Assembly: GCA_964016885.1 (NCBI GenBank) | Contig: OZ024740.1 | Location: 264,802,001-264,866,000 of the forward strand | Source of the DNA: Eledone cirrhosa | Taxonomy: Eukaryota | Direction of reading: 5' to 3' | Length of the DNA: 64,000 nt | Part shown: positions 13,620-26,547 of the stretch, piece after piece | Layout of the letters: every line of letters begins with the position of its first letter | Position numbering within the stretch: the first letter of the stretch is position 1 | Position numbers and translations under genes: made by a program | The notes under the pieces: generated by a model | Database searches by the model: none | What the model saw: only the letters and a program-made list of their open reading frames with translations | What the model was told of the DNA's origin: nothing

Positions 13620-14990
13620 AAATTAATAGTTAGAGAAGACAGTACCGAATTCCTGAACAAATATATCTATTGGTTTACAATTTCTTCAGAAATAATATCA
13701 AAATTAAATTCATAAACAAAGATTATCGATTATATAATCGATAAGATCAGATGATAATAAAACTGGACTAAGAACTGATCTCATCTTCAGAACCAAAAGC
13801 AAAATAAACGTAAAATTCATAAATACATTTCACTGATGATGGGGACTACACAAAACATGAAAAGCAACCCGTACCACTTATCATTCGAAGGATGGAAACA
13901 GAATTAAAATACATTCTAAAATCAAACAAGTTAACCGTTTAAATAATGCCGGAAATTTAAAACAGGAAGTAAGTAGGTGTAAATAGCAAGGGACATATGA
14001 TAAAAGAAAGACTATTTAATAAAGAGACGTTAAATCTGGTTCTTCTTTTTATTTTTTTATTCTTATTCCCCACCTGATATATTAATCTATAACTCCTCTT
14101 CCAAATCTCCTATACCCACTTTCATAATTTAATAGGTGATTTCTTTGCTTCATTTTTAAACTCTCCTATCCTTTCCCATTAGATTTATACTCCTTTTAAC
14201 TTACCCTGATTTATAATTGTTTATTTATAACACACTTCCTTTAGTATCCCTCCATCCTAATTCTTTTTATCATCGTCTTTTCCTCCTTATGTGACAAATT
14301 ATATACTCTTTGACCACATTCTTTATAACACCCTTCTTTGTACTTTTTAAAATTTTTATTTCTATTTTTTTATTTAGTATTCTCAATGTTATATCTCTTT
14401 TTGCCTTAACTTAACATATTAACACCTCTTTTCATTTCTTATTTTCAGTCTTTTACTTTTACTATTTCCTTTTCTTCTTTACTCTATTTCTTCACACCTA
14501 TGCATGACCCTTAACATAGACCTTCCCTATTTACTAAACTTACTAAACTTAACACAACTACTAGAGGAACACATGCCTAATAATTTGATGTCGTATACCC
14601 TGGTATACCTAGCTTGGTCATTAAATATGATAATCATACATTTCTTTTCTTCTATCAATATCCTACCCTTTATTTTACGATATATTATAATTTATTTTTG
14701 CTCGATCTGTCATAATATACATTATTACTTCCTCTAATTATTTTATTCTTAATGACTCCTCTCATATTAACTCGCTTGAGTAATATTGCACGCTCTTTCT
14801 TTTCACGCCTATATTTATTTTTTATTCTACTGTAATGAATAATAGTAAAACTTCTTATCCGTTTGTAAACATCTCTATAGTATATCAACATTAACTCCCA
14901 TTAAGAACCAGCCTTAACGTCTTTTTTATCAAATTGTCTCCCTTTCAAAATCATAGACCAGCATTAAATATTGTTTGATATATATAAGTT
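13620..14990 (+). mobile_element. Old PLE-like remnant with inverted 5' segment
   Basis: 14003-14045 is the inverted counterpart of 14903-14944; strand composition flips from A-rich to T-rich near 14045; flanked by microsatellites. Confidence 0.5.
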
Positions 14991-15033
14991 AATATGTTAA
15001 CAACATAATATGCTAACCATCCACACAGACACA

Positions 15034-15130
<97 letters not shown>

Positions 15131-16547
15131 CACCGTTCTCTATTTTCGAAAATAAAAAAACAGAGCTAAATTTACTTAAACATACGTTAAGATTTTAATA
15201 CCTTAACATGCTAACCATACCCACCCCCATACACACATACACACATACATAACACCCTTCTCCATTTCTACTAATGGTATCATTTTTATTTCTATTCGCT
15301 TTGCTACACACACACACATACACACACACACACAATTTCTCTTTCCCACCCTGTCACCACCATCGCCGCCGCTACTCCTGTCGACACAAACATTCAATTT
15401 ATTTCAATAGAAAGTCTGAATTTTAACACCTCAGCGCAACTTCAGCCATACTCACTGAACCAGAACTATTTTCCCCTCCCATTTCTTGACCACTATCTTT
15501 TGTTTGGCACAAAATTTTCTATGACAAACCATGCTTTTCTGGCACCTATATTATATACCCAATTATATGACTGTGTCTAACAATTAAAATGGCAATAAAG
15601 AACCCTTCAAAAAGGAGCTGGCGCGAAATTTGAGGTACTTATTCACGTGACAGTCATCAACCAATCAAATCACACTTATAAAAAAGAAATAATTTGAGCC
15701 ACATTTTATAAGGCAAATACAACACGAACTGGCGCGAAATTTATTGTACGTGACAGTCATGAAACAACAACATTCACGTGACAGTCATGAAACAACAAAA
15801 TTACTTTTTAAAAACAAAACCCAGCAAATAGAGCACTCTTTCCATATAAAACAGAAACAACTCAGATGTGAGACAAACCATCAACCCTCCACTTATACTT
15901 TTGAAAAGCATAAGAACTGTGAAACCGGTAAAGGAAATAAATATTCTTAAAAAGACTTCAGTTGCATTTTCTTTTTTTTTTGCTTATACTTTCACCCGTG
16001 TAGGACATCTCGTTTTTTTTTTTATCAAAATTTTAATTCCGTGAAATCAATACACATATTTCGATGGCCCAGCTCCATCAGCCAATTATGATGCAAAACA
16101 GGACGATCTCATCAGACGACATACACAGAGTTGCTTAACAGGGTTACGTTGAACCCAAACATATAATGGAAAAGAAAATAGAAAATTGTACCCGGCTACC
16201 TACTCCCATACGTACGGATTGAATATGAAAATATATTAAAATGACATATATCTAAAACACTCTAACTGATCAAGTAATTAAATAAAATTCGCTACATATT
16301 TTATTCGCAACCAGCTAGAAGTTTTCGTTCTAATTTCACAAATCAACACTTAGTGAGATATTGAATCACTATATTGGGTGTCTATTATATAGATTTTCTA
16401 TTCCATTTTTTTTAATCATCGGAAAATTGCGATCAAGAAAACCGATGAGAAATTTCAGCTTCCGAAACATTATTTAACTCATCTGCAATATTGAGTAAAT
16501 CCTAGTCTTCTTTCTGCTCATATTTGAGTCTTTATTCACTCACATGC

Positions 16548-16582
<35 letters not shown>

Positions 16583-16588
16583 CGTGTG

Positions 16589-16657
<69 letters not shown>

Positions 16658-16797
16658 ATAAATATATATATATATATATATGTGTATGTATATATATATA
16701 TACACACACACACATATATATACATATGTATATATATGCATTTGTGTATACACTTATACATATACACATATATGCATCCTATAAATGTATACGCATC

Positions 16798-16849
<52 letters not shown>

Positions 16850-16916
16850 GCATATATATATATATGTGTGTATGTGTGTATTTATAGGCGTATACATATA
16901 TGCATATATTTATATA
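16548..16916. repeat. Compound (TA)/(CA)/(TG) microsatellite
   Basis: Direct inspection. Confidence 0.95.
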
Positions 16917-18072
16917 GCTTCTATGTGTCTACATTACCTCTCCTCTCTCTCGATCTTATTCCCTCGCTGTAAATATAGATAAACATGTTTTAGTTGAGAG
17001 ACATAGAAACAGACTAAGAGCATAAAGTTGTGGTTTAACTTGTTGAGATTAGATGCACATTGAAAAGCCTATGATGATAATACAATTTCGTTATATTATG
17101 ATTGACATAAGCATATCTACGATTGTATAAAATCTTTCTATATTTACGATTTTTTCTTTCATATGGACATATTACATCCTGTACCAATTCATTCATTTTG
17201 TCCTATAAATATGTGAGACATTGTCATAAAGAATAAACGCGACAGGAATTAAGCCTAAATGAATGTTATTATTCATATATTCTATATATTCTATGCACGG
17301 AGAAAAGATCAGTTATTTATTAGTTAGTGTATAATTGGACGGTTTCTTAAGAAACCTGCCAATTAGAGTTGGCTTTAACAGCTCGTGGCCCCTGGATATA
17401 GTGTCATTGAACGATTGCTTATATGGAAGCAATTGCAACATATTTAAAAGACCATCCCAAATGATATGACAAATATCAATACTGACAACTAACTAAATAC
17501 ATACGTACAGACACACGTGCTCACATACTGACACAAATATATAGCCGCCTAAATGATAAATACGTAAGATAAGCATACACTTATATACGTAATTTGTCTC
17601 ACAGATGGCTACACGCAGGAGATAGTGAGAAATACACACGGAACATTAACGCCTTCATTTCAAATCTATACACCCATGCAAAAATATATCCAAATGACGG
17701 AAGATGTTCACTTTAATTGGGAAGCTATTCCTTCTATATCTGAACATATATGTACACTCACTAACATATCTCAATCGAATTTCTTTATATATTTTATCAA
17801 TATATATATCAATGCCACATGTATATATATATATGTAAATGTATGTATGAATTTACATAAATATATGTGTACGTATGTGTGTGCGAATGTATGCGTTTAC
17901 ATGTATGGTTATCTATTTGTATAACTATATATAAGCAGAATCTTGTACATCTATATTTTCATTATGTGAATTTTCATGTGTACATTGTATATACGCATAT
18001 AAATATATTGCATCTTCTTTCTCTCTCTCTCTCTCTTTCGTTTTACACACATATAGACACACACACATACAT

Positions 18073-18145
<73 letters not shown>

Positions 18146-19111
18146 CAGAGAGAGAGAGAGGTGTGTGTATGCTTGTATGTGTTTGAGTAATATGTACGTA
18201 TTTTGCACGTATGTCCATATAAACACATTAAACATATACACATATATGTAAATATGTGAATGTGTGTATGTATACGTGCCCGCACGCGTTCACATCTAGC
18301 GTCTCTGTATAATTGCAAATGGTATTGTGAGGATAGAAAAGAAAATCAGTTAAAAACTGCTTAATGACGATAATAAATTTGAAGGTGACAATTTTTTGAA
18401 GTACTTTTCATACTAATTACAGTCAATCCTCCCTGATTCCCATCATCTCTCATGGCTGCAATTTATAGATGGCCTTTAAAGACTACAAATGAACTACAAA
18501 GTAAGCAATGCTGTATATGTCTACTATTGCTTCCAGCTGACTATCACCATTAACAAGGATTGTTCACATAGCACATAGTTTATATGATTTCTACCAACAG
18601 ACAATCTATTGTCGTCATTCCTTTGTTGGTAATTATGAGTTCATCAGAACTCCGTTTGTTTTACTTTTTCTCATTGTATCTACCTCGTCTTCTTAAGAAG
18701 ATAATACTATGGAAGTCAAATATATGATATATCATATTTTCTTTTCTTTTTTTCGGGTGTTGTTTTGTTAGCCAGCTCGAATAATTATCATATATTTTTT
18801 TAATGTTATACTTACCATCATTACTATTATTATTGATATGCTGTTTGTTAGTATTGTTGCTGTCCTTTTATTTATTTCCCCCGCTTTTCCTTTGAAAATT
18901 TTCTCCTACTTTTCAATTGCTGCTGTAACTTTTACGATATTGTTTTTTATCACTTCAACGTAATTTTGCAGCAATGACATTTTTTTCTTAGTATTTTTAC
19001 CTATCCTTATAAGGATATAGGACAACTCGATTGAGTGAAATGGTTATTAAATCTTTATTTTATTCTGTGAATTACACAAAATAATTATATCAATATTTCT
19101 TCTTTTTTTCT

Positions 19112-19201
<90 letters not shown>

Positions 19202-19524
19202 ACACACACACACCACACATACATACATTCATATATATATATATATATATATTGCAGTGAATTTAGTAACGAATATATCCCAAATTGGCAAAGCACCCAG
19301 TCAGTAGGACAAGGTATAATGTACAATATTTGGTGTAAATTCACGTTTTCATCAATCGAATTAATGTTTCTTACTCACACCCTTAACAAATATGACGAAT
19401 TGCCGTGTTGAGGTGAGTAATAATTTCCTCAGTGGATCGCGCTTATTCGACGCATGAAAATGTGAATTTAACCAAATTTATCTATATAGATTAATAATAA
19501 TATTCGACTCTTTTAATAATATTC

Positions 19525-19960
19525 GACAATTACGCAAACAAGCCTCTTCTAAGTCATGTCAGTAGAATAAGCTCCTGATTCTTGCTCCTGCGTTGTAAGT
19601 AAACATGTTAGTTATTTGAATATGGCAAAGCCAGTCATTAATCTCTCTTATACATGAAACTGACTGGCCTATCTGCTGATATGCAAATCTGGCTGATCAG
19701 TGGATCTGCTAATTTGCAGACCTGACTGATCAGCCAGTCTGCTAATATGCAAATCAGGCCGATCAGTGACTGTATATTTTAGAAAATATATATTTTCACT
19801 AGCTCTGACAGTTGGCAGGTGAATTATGAAATGCCTTGATGAAGGGTAATCACCCAGAAATATTAGTGTTTGCAGTTCTGTTTACATGCCAACAGAAGAG
19901 CAACAATGAGGGGCTCATTCTACTGACATGGCTTAAAAGAGGCTTGTTTGCATAATTGCA
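19525..19960. mobile_element. Small element with about 65-bp inverted termini and internal 33-bp tandem repeats
   Basis: gcaaacaagcctctt.taagtcatgtcagtagaat at about 19534-19568 is mirrored at about 19916-19951; ctgct(g/a)at(a/t)tgca.. occurs three times in 19673-19772. Confidence 0.7.
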
Positions 19961-20493
19961 AACGATCCGAATAGCTATATATTAATTTGAACAACGTCAG
20001 TATTCCGTGTGTCATAATTCTCGATTATCATTGGTTCATAGGTTTCAAACGACTCCGCGCAGCTCAACGACGCCAAACTTAAATTAATACGCATAATGCC
20101 AATGAGGGAGTGAGAGGGGAGAGTAAGAAACAGAGAGGCAAAGTGAACGCTGTAACTATTACCATGTGTGCGTGTGTGCGTACGTGCACGTATGTTTATG
20201 TGTGTGTGCGTGCGTGCAGCGTTCCACAGAAAGTAAAATCTATCAACATGTGTGTGTAAGTGCACGGGTGCGTGTGTGCGTTTCCATGCGTGTATGTGTG
20301 TGTACGTGGGGCGTACCACAATCGCCACGTAGTTTATCTGTCTGTGTGCCTGTCTGTCAGTCTAACATACACAGAGTTGTAAAGGGAGTAAATAGGGACC
20401 TTTTTTTACATTGACGGACATCTTTTATATTTATTATTGTGTCATTTTTTGACAATTGCTCGAAATAAAAGCAATTCAACTTTATCAAACAGT

Positions 20494-20690
20494 GAACTAC
20501 AGCGGTGACGGCGTGCAGCCAGGAATGAAGAAAAACGGGCCGAACAGCGCCATCGGAACGCCGAACTTCAGAGGCGATGACGTGCCGCCATGAATGAAGA
20601 GGAGCTGGCTGAACAACGCCAACGAAACACTGGAGCCAAGCAGCAACGGCGTGTTGCGATGGTTGAAGACGAACTGGCTGAGCATCATCT
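20494..20690 (+). pseudogene. Helitron N-terminal STPR-like 23-aa repeats
   Basis: ELQR*RRAARNEEKRAEQRHRNA / ELQRR*RAAMNEEELAEQRQRNT / GAKQQRRVAMVEDELAEH; period about 69 bp. Confidence 0.6.
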
Positions 20691-20703
20691 TTTAGATTAA
20701 TTA

Positions 20704-21062
20704 TCTATATCTATATCTACATATAATATAAAAGATTGGAACTTCCATCATCCTTTTGAGAAACCTAGAACAACCACGTCTATGCAATGATACACATTTT
20801 ACAGTCAGGCAGAAGATGAACAATCTCCTAGAGGTCACTATTCTAGGGGGGGGCACCTAGAATTGTTCATATACTATGCACAAACGGTACAACGAAGAAT
20901 CTGGTATATCTGGAAGATTTTTTTTACTGTTTGTTGTATCACACAGACACCCCGGACTCGCCTCATACTGTAACCAGACAAACATCCAATACAGTCATTT
21001 TCTCTTTTACCTTTCTTCTCTTATCATCTATTTACCCGGGCGAAGCTGGGTACGTCAGCTAG
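20704..21062 (+). mobile_element. Mini-Helitron retaining a Pif1 helicase fragment
   Basis: 5' TCTATATCT...; IILLRNLEQPRLCNDTHFTVRQKMNNLLEVTILGG matches 48841-48945; 3' hairpin cccgggcgaagctggg followed by CTAG|T. Confidence 0.8.
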
Positions 21063-21091
21063 TTATTATTAATAATCAAAAATCGCAGAAA

Positions 21092-21697
21092 TTTTAGTCT
21101 GATAATGGGGTTTAAATACGGTGAAAGCTATTCTATTTCTAATTTCAAACCTGCTCACTGTTTCAAAACATACTTACTTGTCATTTATACTCGCTAAGGA
21201 TGTAGCTTCTAATTTGAATGAAAGGAGATGGGTGATGTGTTGGTGTAATGGTAGCACAGTAGTCTGGATAACCAAAGATGTGGGTCCGACTCCCATGTAC
21301 ATCAATACTCCTCTTTTTCCATTTATCTGAAGGTTCTAAACCCCATTATCACACTAAAATTTCTTTAGTAAAAAAAATATGGTGAAAAGCTATTCTATTT
21401 CTAATTTCAAACCTGCTCACTGTTTCAAAACATAGTTACTTGTCATTTATACTCGCTTCTAATTTGAATGGAAGGAGATGGGTGATGTGTTGGTGTAATT
21501 GTAGCACAGTGGTCTGGATAATCAAAGATGTGGGTTCGACTCCCATGTACATCAATATTCATCTTTTTCCATTTATCTGAGGGTTCTAAACCCCATTATC
21601 AGACTAAAATTGATTTAGTCAAAAAAATACGGTGAAAACTATTCTATTTCTAATTTCAAACCTGCTCACTGTTTCAAAACATACTTACTTGTCATAT
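21092..21697 (+). repeat. About 255-bp tandem unit (2.3 copies) containing a tRNA-like cloverleaf
   Basis: Units start near 21118, 21378 and 21628; tgatgtg-ttggtgtaatggtagcac...gggttcgactccca-t-gtacatca at about 21233-21304 and 21483-21554. Confidence 0.85.
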
Positions 21698-21704
21698 ATA
21701 TATG

Positions 21705-21739
<35 letters not shown>

Positions 21740-21834
21740 ATATATATAAGTGTACATATATTTAGGTGTGTGTGTGTCTATTTATGTATAAGGTCATACT
21801 GTATTTTATTAATATGTGAATAAATACGATATCG

Positions 21835-22100
21835 GTGGCGAATTGGCAGCGTCGTTAGAACGTCGGACAGCATGCTTTGCCGTATTTGTTCCGGCTCTCT
21901 GCTCTTTGAGTTCATATGCCACTGAGGCCCAATTTGTGTTTCATCCATTCGAGATCTATAAAAAAGAACCAGTGTAATATTGGGATAGATTCTTCCTCTA
22001 TATCACTTTCTCACTTCCTTTCTCTCCCTCTCTATCCTTCTCTGGAAGAAATCTGCTGTGTTCAGACCTGGAGAAAAGATGGGTTCCGCCAGGTTTAAAC
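21835..22100 (+). mobile_element. Divergent Meta SINE subfamily with a 3' extension
   Basis: A box, B box and core; the extension ..atctgctgtgttcagac.tg.a.aa.agatggg is shared with 63288-63545. Confidence 0.75.
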
Positions 22101-23094
22101 ATTTCCCACGTCAATGTGGCGAACCTACGAGTCGATTTACGGGTTCATACATACATACCATACATACAAATTCGATATCTAATGTCTGCTTTTCTTATTT
22201 AAGTAGTTGTATGATTTGAAATAGTTTGTTAAGATTCTGGTAGATCGAGTCATCTTTGTTTGCTTATCTGTATAAAATAGTAGACTATTCTAACACCTTT
22301 AAATTTAAGATTAATTAGTTGCACTACTCTACGTTTCGAAGCACTGTCTATAGCCAGAATTCTACAACGTATGTCTCAGTATCTAGTTAAAAGAATGAAA
22401 ATCAATATTTATTTAAAACTAGTTTCAAACTTTATTTAATCTAAAACATAATATATAAAGAAATAGAATACTAAATTTAGAATACTTTCAATACCTAACA
22501 ATTTTGTACTTGAAACACTTGATTTTAACTTATGTAATAAATTATCAATGCCTCTCAATATGTCCATGTTGTTAACTCATATAATGTATCAGTGCATATT
22601 TATTGATCTACGTTTTTAAAAATCATCAAAGATTTCAAAGTATTTCTCTATACTAACACGTGTCAATATTCTTGATTTATGGAGGCATACAGCTTATCTA
22701 CACGGAATTATTGTTTCAGCACCAAATTCGGAAAATTCATTTTGTGCTTTTACATTTGATATAGATCTTTAACACCTTTAGAGAAGTGCCAGAAAATTCG
22801 TATTCACTTTCATATAGAAATATAAGCATATATTTTCACTAGATTTTCATTTTTTTTTAGTATGTGTGTTGAGTCCTTAGTTTTTTTGACGTCTATAGCA
22901 TTGATTATCTAAAACGTAACACCTCGAATATCGTGTAGCAATAACTCATAACCAGAAATACAATTCAGCAGAGTGCTGTCAGATATGTTCACTCACGTTA
23001 CCAAAAGTGTTAATGTTTAAGAGAAATTAACTTTACGTTAAAAATCAAATCGAAATATTCATAAAAAATTATTTTAATAATTTTCCAAAATGTC

Positions 23095-24986
23095 ATCTAG
23101 TTGTTTGCAGTATGAGACTACCTAGAGCCAAAGAAGCCCACAAAACTGGCAGGTCTAGGGCAACCTATGGCATAAAGTGGGATGCGTTGGTGAATACGGA
23201 AATCAGGACTAGGTATGCAGATACTATTGCATTCAAATCCAGAGAATACCATGAGAAAACTGATGTCGTTAAGAACGAATGGAGATTGTTCAGGTCAGCT
23301 GTTTCTGCTGCAGCTGTTAAATATTGCGGGTGAATGAGGCTTCATATAGCGCCAGATGGCAAGAGGACACCTTGGTTCAATCAAGAGGTTAAAGTTGCCA
23401 GCCGAGCAAAGAAGTATACCTACAAAACCTGGCTTGGAAATAAGCCCTCCTTCTTGCATTTCAAATACAAGCAGGCAAGAAAAATCACAGCATCCAAAGT
23501 TAAGATATGGGAGGAATTAGTGGTTAAGCTAGAATCCGACTTCAGATCAGGAAATAAAGTGTTCTCGTAGATGATAAGAAGTCTGGGTTCTCCTCTCTTC
23601 ACAGAGGTGCAGCCTCGCGAGTTGGAGAGAATAATATGCTGATCTCCTAAACTCGAATCTTCTGATGAATGTGAGCTGCATCTGGGAGCGGTAAGTAATC
23701 TCTCTGGGTCTGAGGTCACAAGAACAGTTAAAGAGATTAAATGTCGCAAGGCCGCTGGGAAAGATAAAATCCGGTCCGAGACGTTAAAATCCTTAAATAG
23801 AGAAGGTTTTCTCTGGTTGACTCCTGTGTGACGTGAGGCTTGGATCTTTGGAAAGGCACCTAAGCAATGGCAATCAGGAGTGATAATCCCATTTTGAAAA
23901 AGGGGGACAAGAGAAATTGTTGCAATTACAGAGGGATCTCCTTGTTAAGCTTCCCTGGTAAAGTATATGTCAAGAGTCTGGCAAAGAGATGCAGGGAGAT
24001 TGTCGAATCCAAGCTAACTGTTGAACAGTGCGGTTTTCGCCCCGGACGCAACACAGCCGATCAAATATTCACACTGCAGGAGGTTCTTAGGAAATCGTGG
24101 GAACATTGCCGAGAGGTATATTTTAGTTTGAAGATTTGGAAAATGCATATGATCATGTTCCCCGGCACCTGCTGTGGAAGGTTCTACAGGAGTATAGAAT
24201 TGATCCTCAGCTTCATGCTGCTGTGATGTGTCTATACAAATGTCCGAGTATTTGTGTTCAGAACAATGTGCTAAATCGAAGCTATTCAATGTGGGAGTTA
24301 GACTCCACCAAGAATGCATACCACCACTTCTACTGCTTATTATTTTCATGAAAAAGGATTGACATGCGCAGCCGGATTGGAACTGAATTGAGGACTGGCG
24401 GGTGTAAAATCAGTCGGTTGGAATTTGCAGACGACATGGTGTTACTTAACTCGAAAGAAGGTAATCTCCGACTCCCACTTGATAGTTTGATGATGAGTGC
24501 TGCATGGCTGGAATGAAAATCAGTGCTGCAAAAGCTGAGACAGTCATTCTCTCAAGGAAACCTGCGCAGTGCACTCTACATGTAAATGGAGTTCCACTGA
24601 AACAGGAGGAGAAGTTCAAAGATCTCGGGACCGTGTTCAAGAATGATGTAATGTAGGAGGCTGATTTAAGTGCAATGGGGTTCTTCCGAAGGGTCTCTGG
24701 GGTAACGTTACCTGATAGAGTGTGTAGCTCGGAAAACAGGGAATCACAGTTCCGATACTATGGGCATGTGGTGGCTAGAATGTCTCAGTAAAACATCGCT
24801 GGACATATTTTACGGGCAAAACCAAACAGCAGGCAATACAGGGGAAGACCCCGATCATGATGGTTGGATAACGCTGCTCTGGCTTTGGGATCCAGCCGGA
24901 TCTGTTGGAAACGTTTGTTTCTGACAAGACTCCTTGGAAGTAGTGTTTGAGGACTCTGTCCCCACGATCCGCTCAAGAATAGGTCG
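23095..24986 (+). mobile_element. Degraded RTE clade (Expander/Rex3-like) LINE, RT domain
   Basis: RTPWFNQEVK, KAAGKDKIRSE, PILKKGDKRNCCNYRGISLLSFPGKVY, EQCGFRPGRNTADQIFTL, AYDHVPR, FADDMVL; followed by a simple-repeat tail. Confidence 0.9.
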
Positions 24987-25156
24987 ATGATGATGATGAT
25001 GATGAAGATGATGATGATGATGATGATGATGATGAAGAAGAAGAAGAAGAAGAAGAAGAAGAAGAAGAAGAAGAAGAAGAAGAAGAAGAAGAAGAAGAAG
25101 AAGAAGAAGAAGAAGAAGAAGAAGAAGAAGAAGAAGAAGAAGAAGAAGAAGAAGAG
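24986..25156. repeat. (GAT)n(GAA)n tail of the RTE element
   Basis: Direct inspection. Confidence 0.9.
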
Positions 25157-25289
25157 AATTGTGGTCATTCATTTTCATTAGAGTGGGGTGCGATGTGAAG
25201 TAGATTGGGGTACCGTTCTTAACAGGTCCGCAGAACAATTGGAAATTCTCTTATTGTGTCGGAAAGAGGTAAGACATATAGTTGAACTG

Positions 25290-26545
25290 ATATAATGTCT
25301 CCAAAAGTTAACTTTGAAATTCAGCATAATCTATCTTGGAGAGGCAAACCGATGCCTTCCGATGGCGTCGTCGGACGCTGGACGGAAGGATCGGTAAAGC
25401 TGCTCCGGGTCTGGTTTGGTCCGGATCTCCAGGTGGAGAAGAATTGGAACGAGGTGACGGCCAAGGTGTTGCACTCACCCAGAAGTGGGCCGAGTGCAAA
25501 CTATCCTTGAAAGGTCGAGCGGAGGTGGCGAACACTTTTATAGCGTCCGACATCTACTACCGCTTGACCGTCGTGCCTTGTCCAGCCAAAACGTTCACCA
25601 AAATGGAGCGCGCGCTCTTCCAATTACTTTGGAAGAGAAGAGCTCCTTTGGTGAGAAGATCCATCTGCTGCCAACACCCTTCCAACGGAGGGCTGGGGAT
25701 GCCGTGGCTGACGATGCGAAAAAACGCCTACAGGCTGCGGCATCTCTACGTATTCCTAACCGGACAACCGGTGTGGGCCCCGTTCGTGAGGCGAGCCTTC
25801 CCACGACTGGTCTCGCTGACCGATCTGCAGTCCTGGGTCAAGCAAAGACCGAGGAACATGGGCGACTGGCACATCGAATGTGCTCAGGCGCTCACAGCCC
25901 TCTGGCAGGCGGACCCGACGATTAGTGGAGACTCCACTTCGTCATTCTATAGAGGGTTGATCCGCAGCAAGTGCGACGACGCGCTCGATGAAACTCTAGG
26001 CGTAGAGGAAGATGAACTGGCCAGTCTGTCTACAGACATGGGCGCCCAGGCAGGGACCCTGCAAAAGAGAAGGAGAGGCGGTTTTCCTTTGTATGATAGC
26101 TATGGCGAAAGAGGTTGTATGGTGGACATGGTTGAAAGGGCTGAGGTCAGACACCTTTCTTTCCGGCCGACAACTGATCCTTTTTTCAAGTACCACTTTG
26201 GAAGAAGAATCAGGATGGAGAGAGAGGTGCTGTACCCCAGCAAGTTTTATGAAAGGTGGGTGAAAGTGTCGAGAATGGCCCGAGTGAATGGGCCTTCTCT
26301 CTATATTAGCCTGTAGATTGAGGAAAAGGAGGAGGAGAGGAAAGGAGTACAAACTCTTCGTACTCCTGGAGATGAGGGTTGCACATTTTTTCCGGGGTAT
26401 GTGTTACCCATATGAACCTATTGGGGAAAATCTACTAATTTTTAAATTGCATTTGTGATAAAATTTTACACGTTTTTATTGTATGTAAACTTCCCCCTTC
26501 GTATTTGCCCCCTTTTTTTGTGCCCCTGTGGCTAATAAAGAAACA
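25290..26545 (+). mobile_element. Tx1/L1 clade LINE 3' fragment
   Basis: LSLKGRAEVANTFI...LFQLLWKRRAPLVRRSICCQHPSNGGLGMP; GC-rich; 3' UTR ends with AATAAAG. Confidence 0.85.
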
Positions 26546-26547
26546 TA

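Noticed and set aside
21233-21304. Functional tRNA gene
   Set aside because: The anticodon stem is mismatched, the loop is atypical, and it is embedded in a tandem repeat; treated as tRNA-derived
24785-25238. Poly-K, poly-F and poly-L ORFs
   Set aside because: They derive from the (GAT)n(GAA)n tail of the RTE LINE
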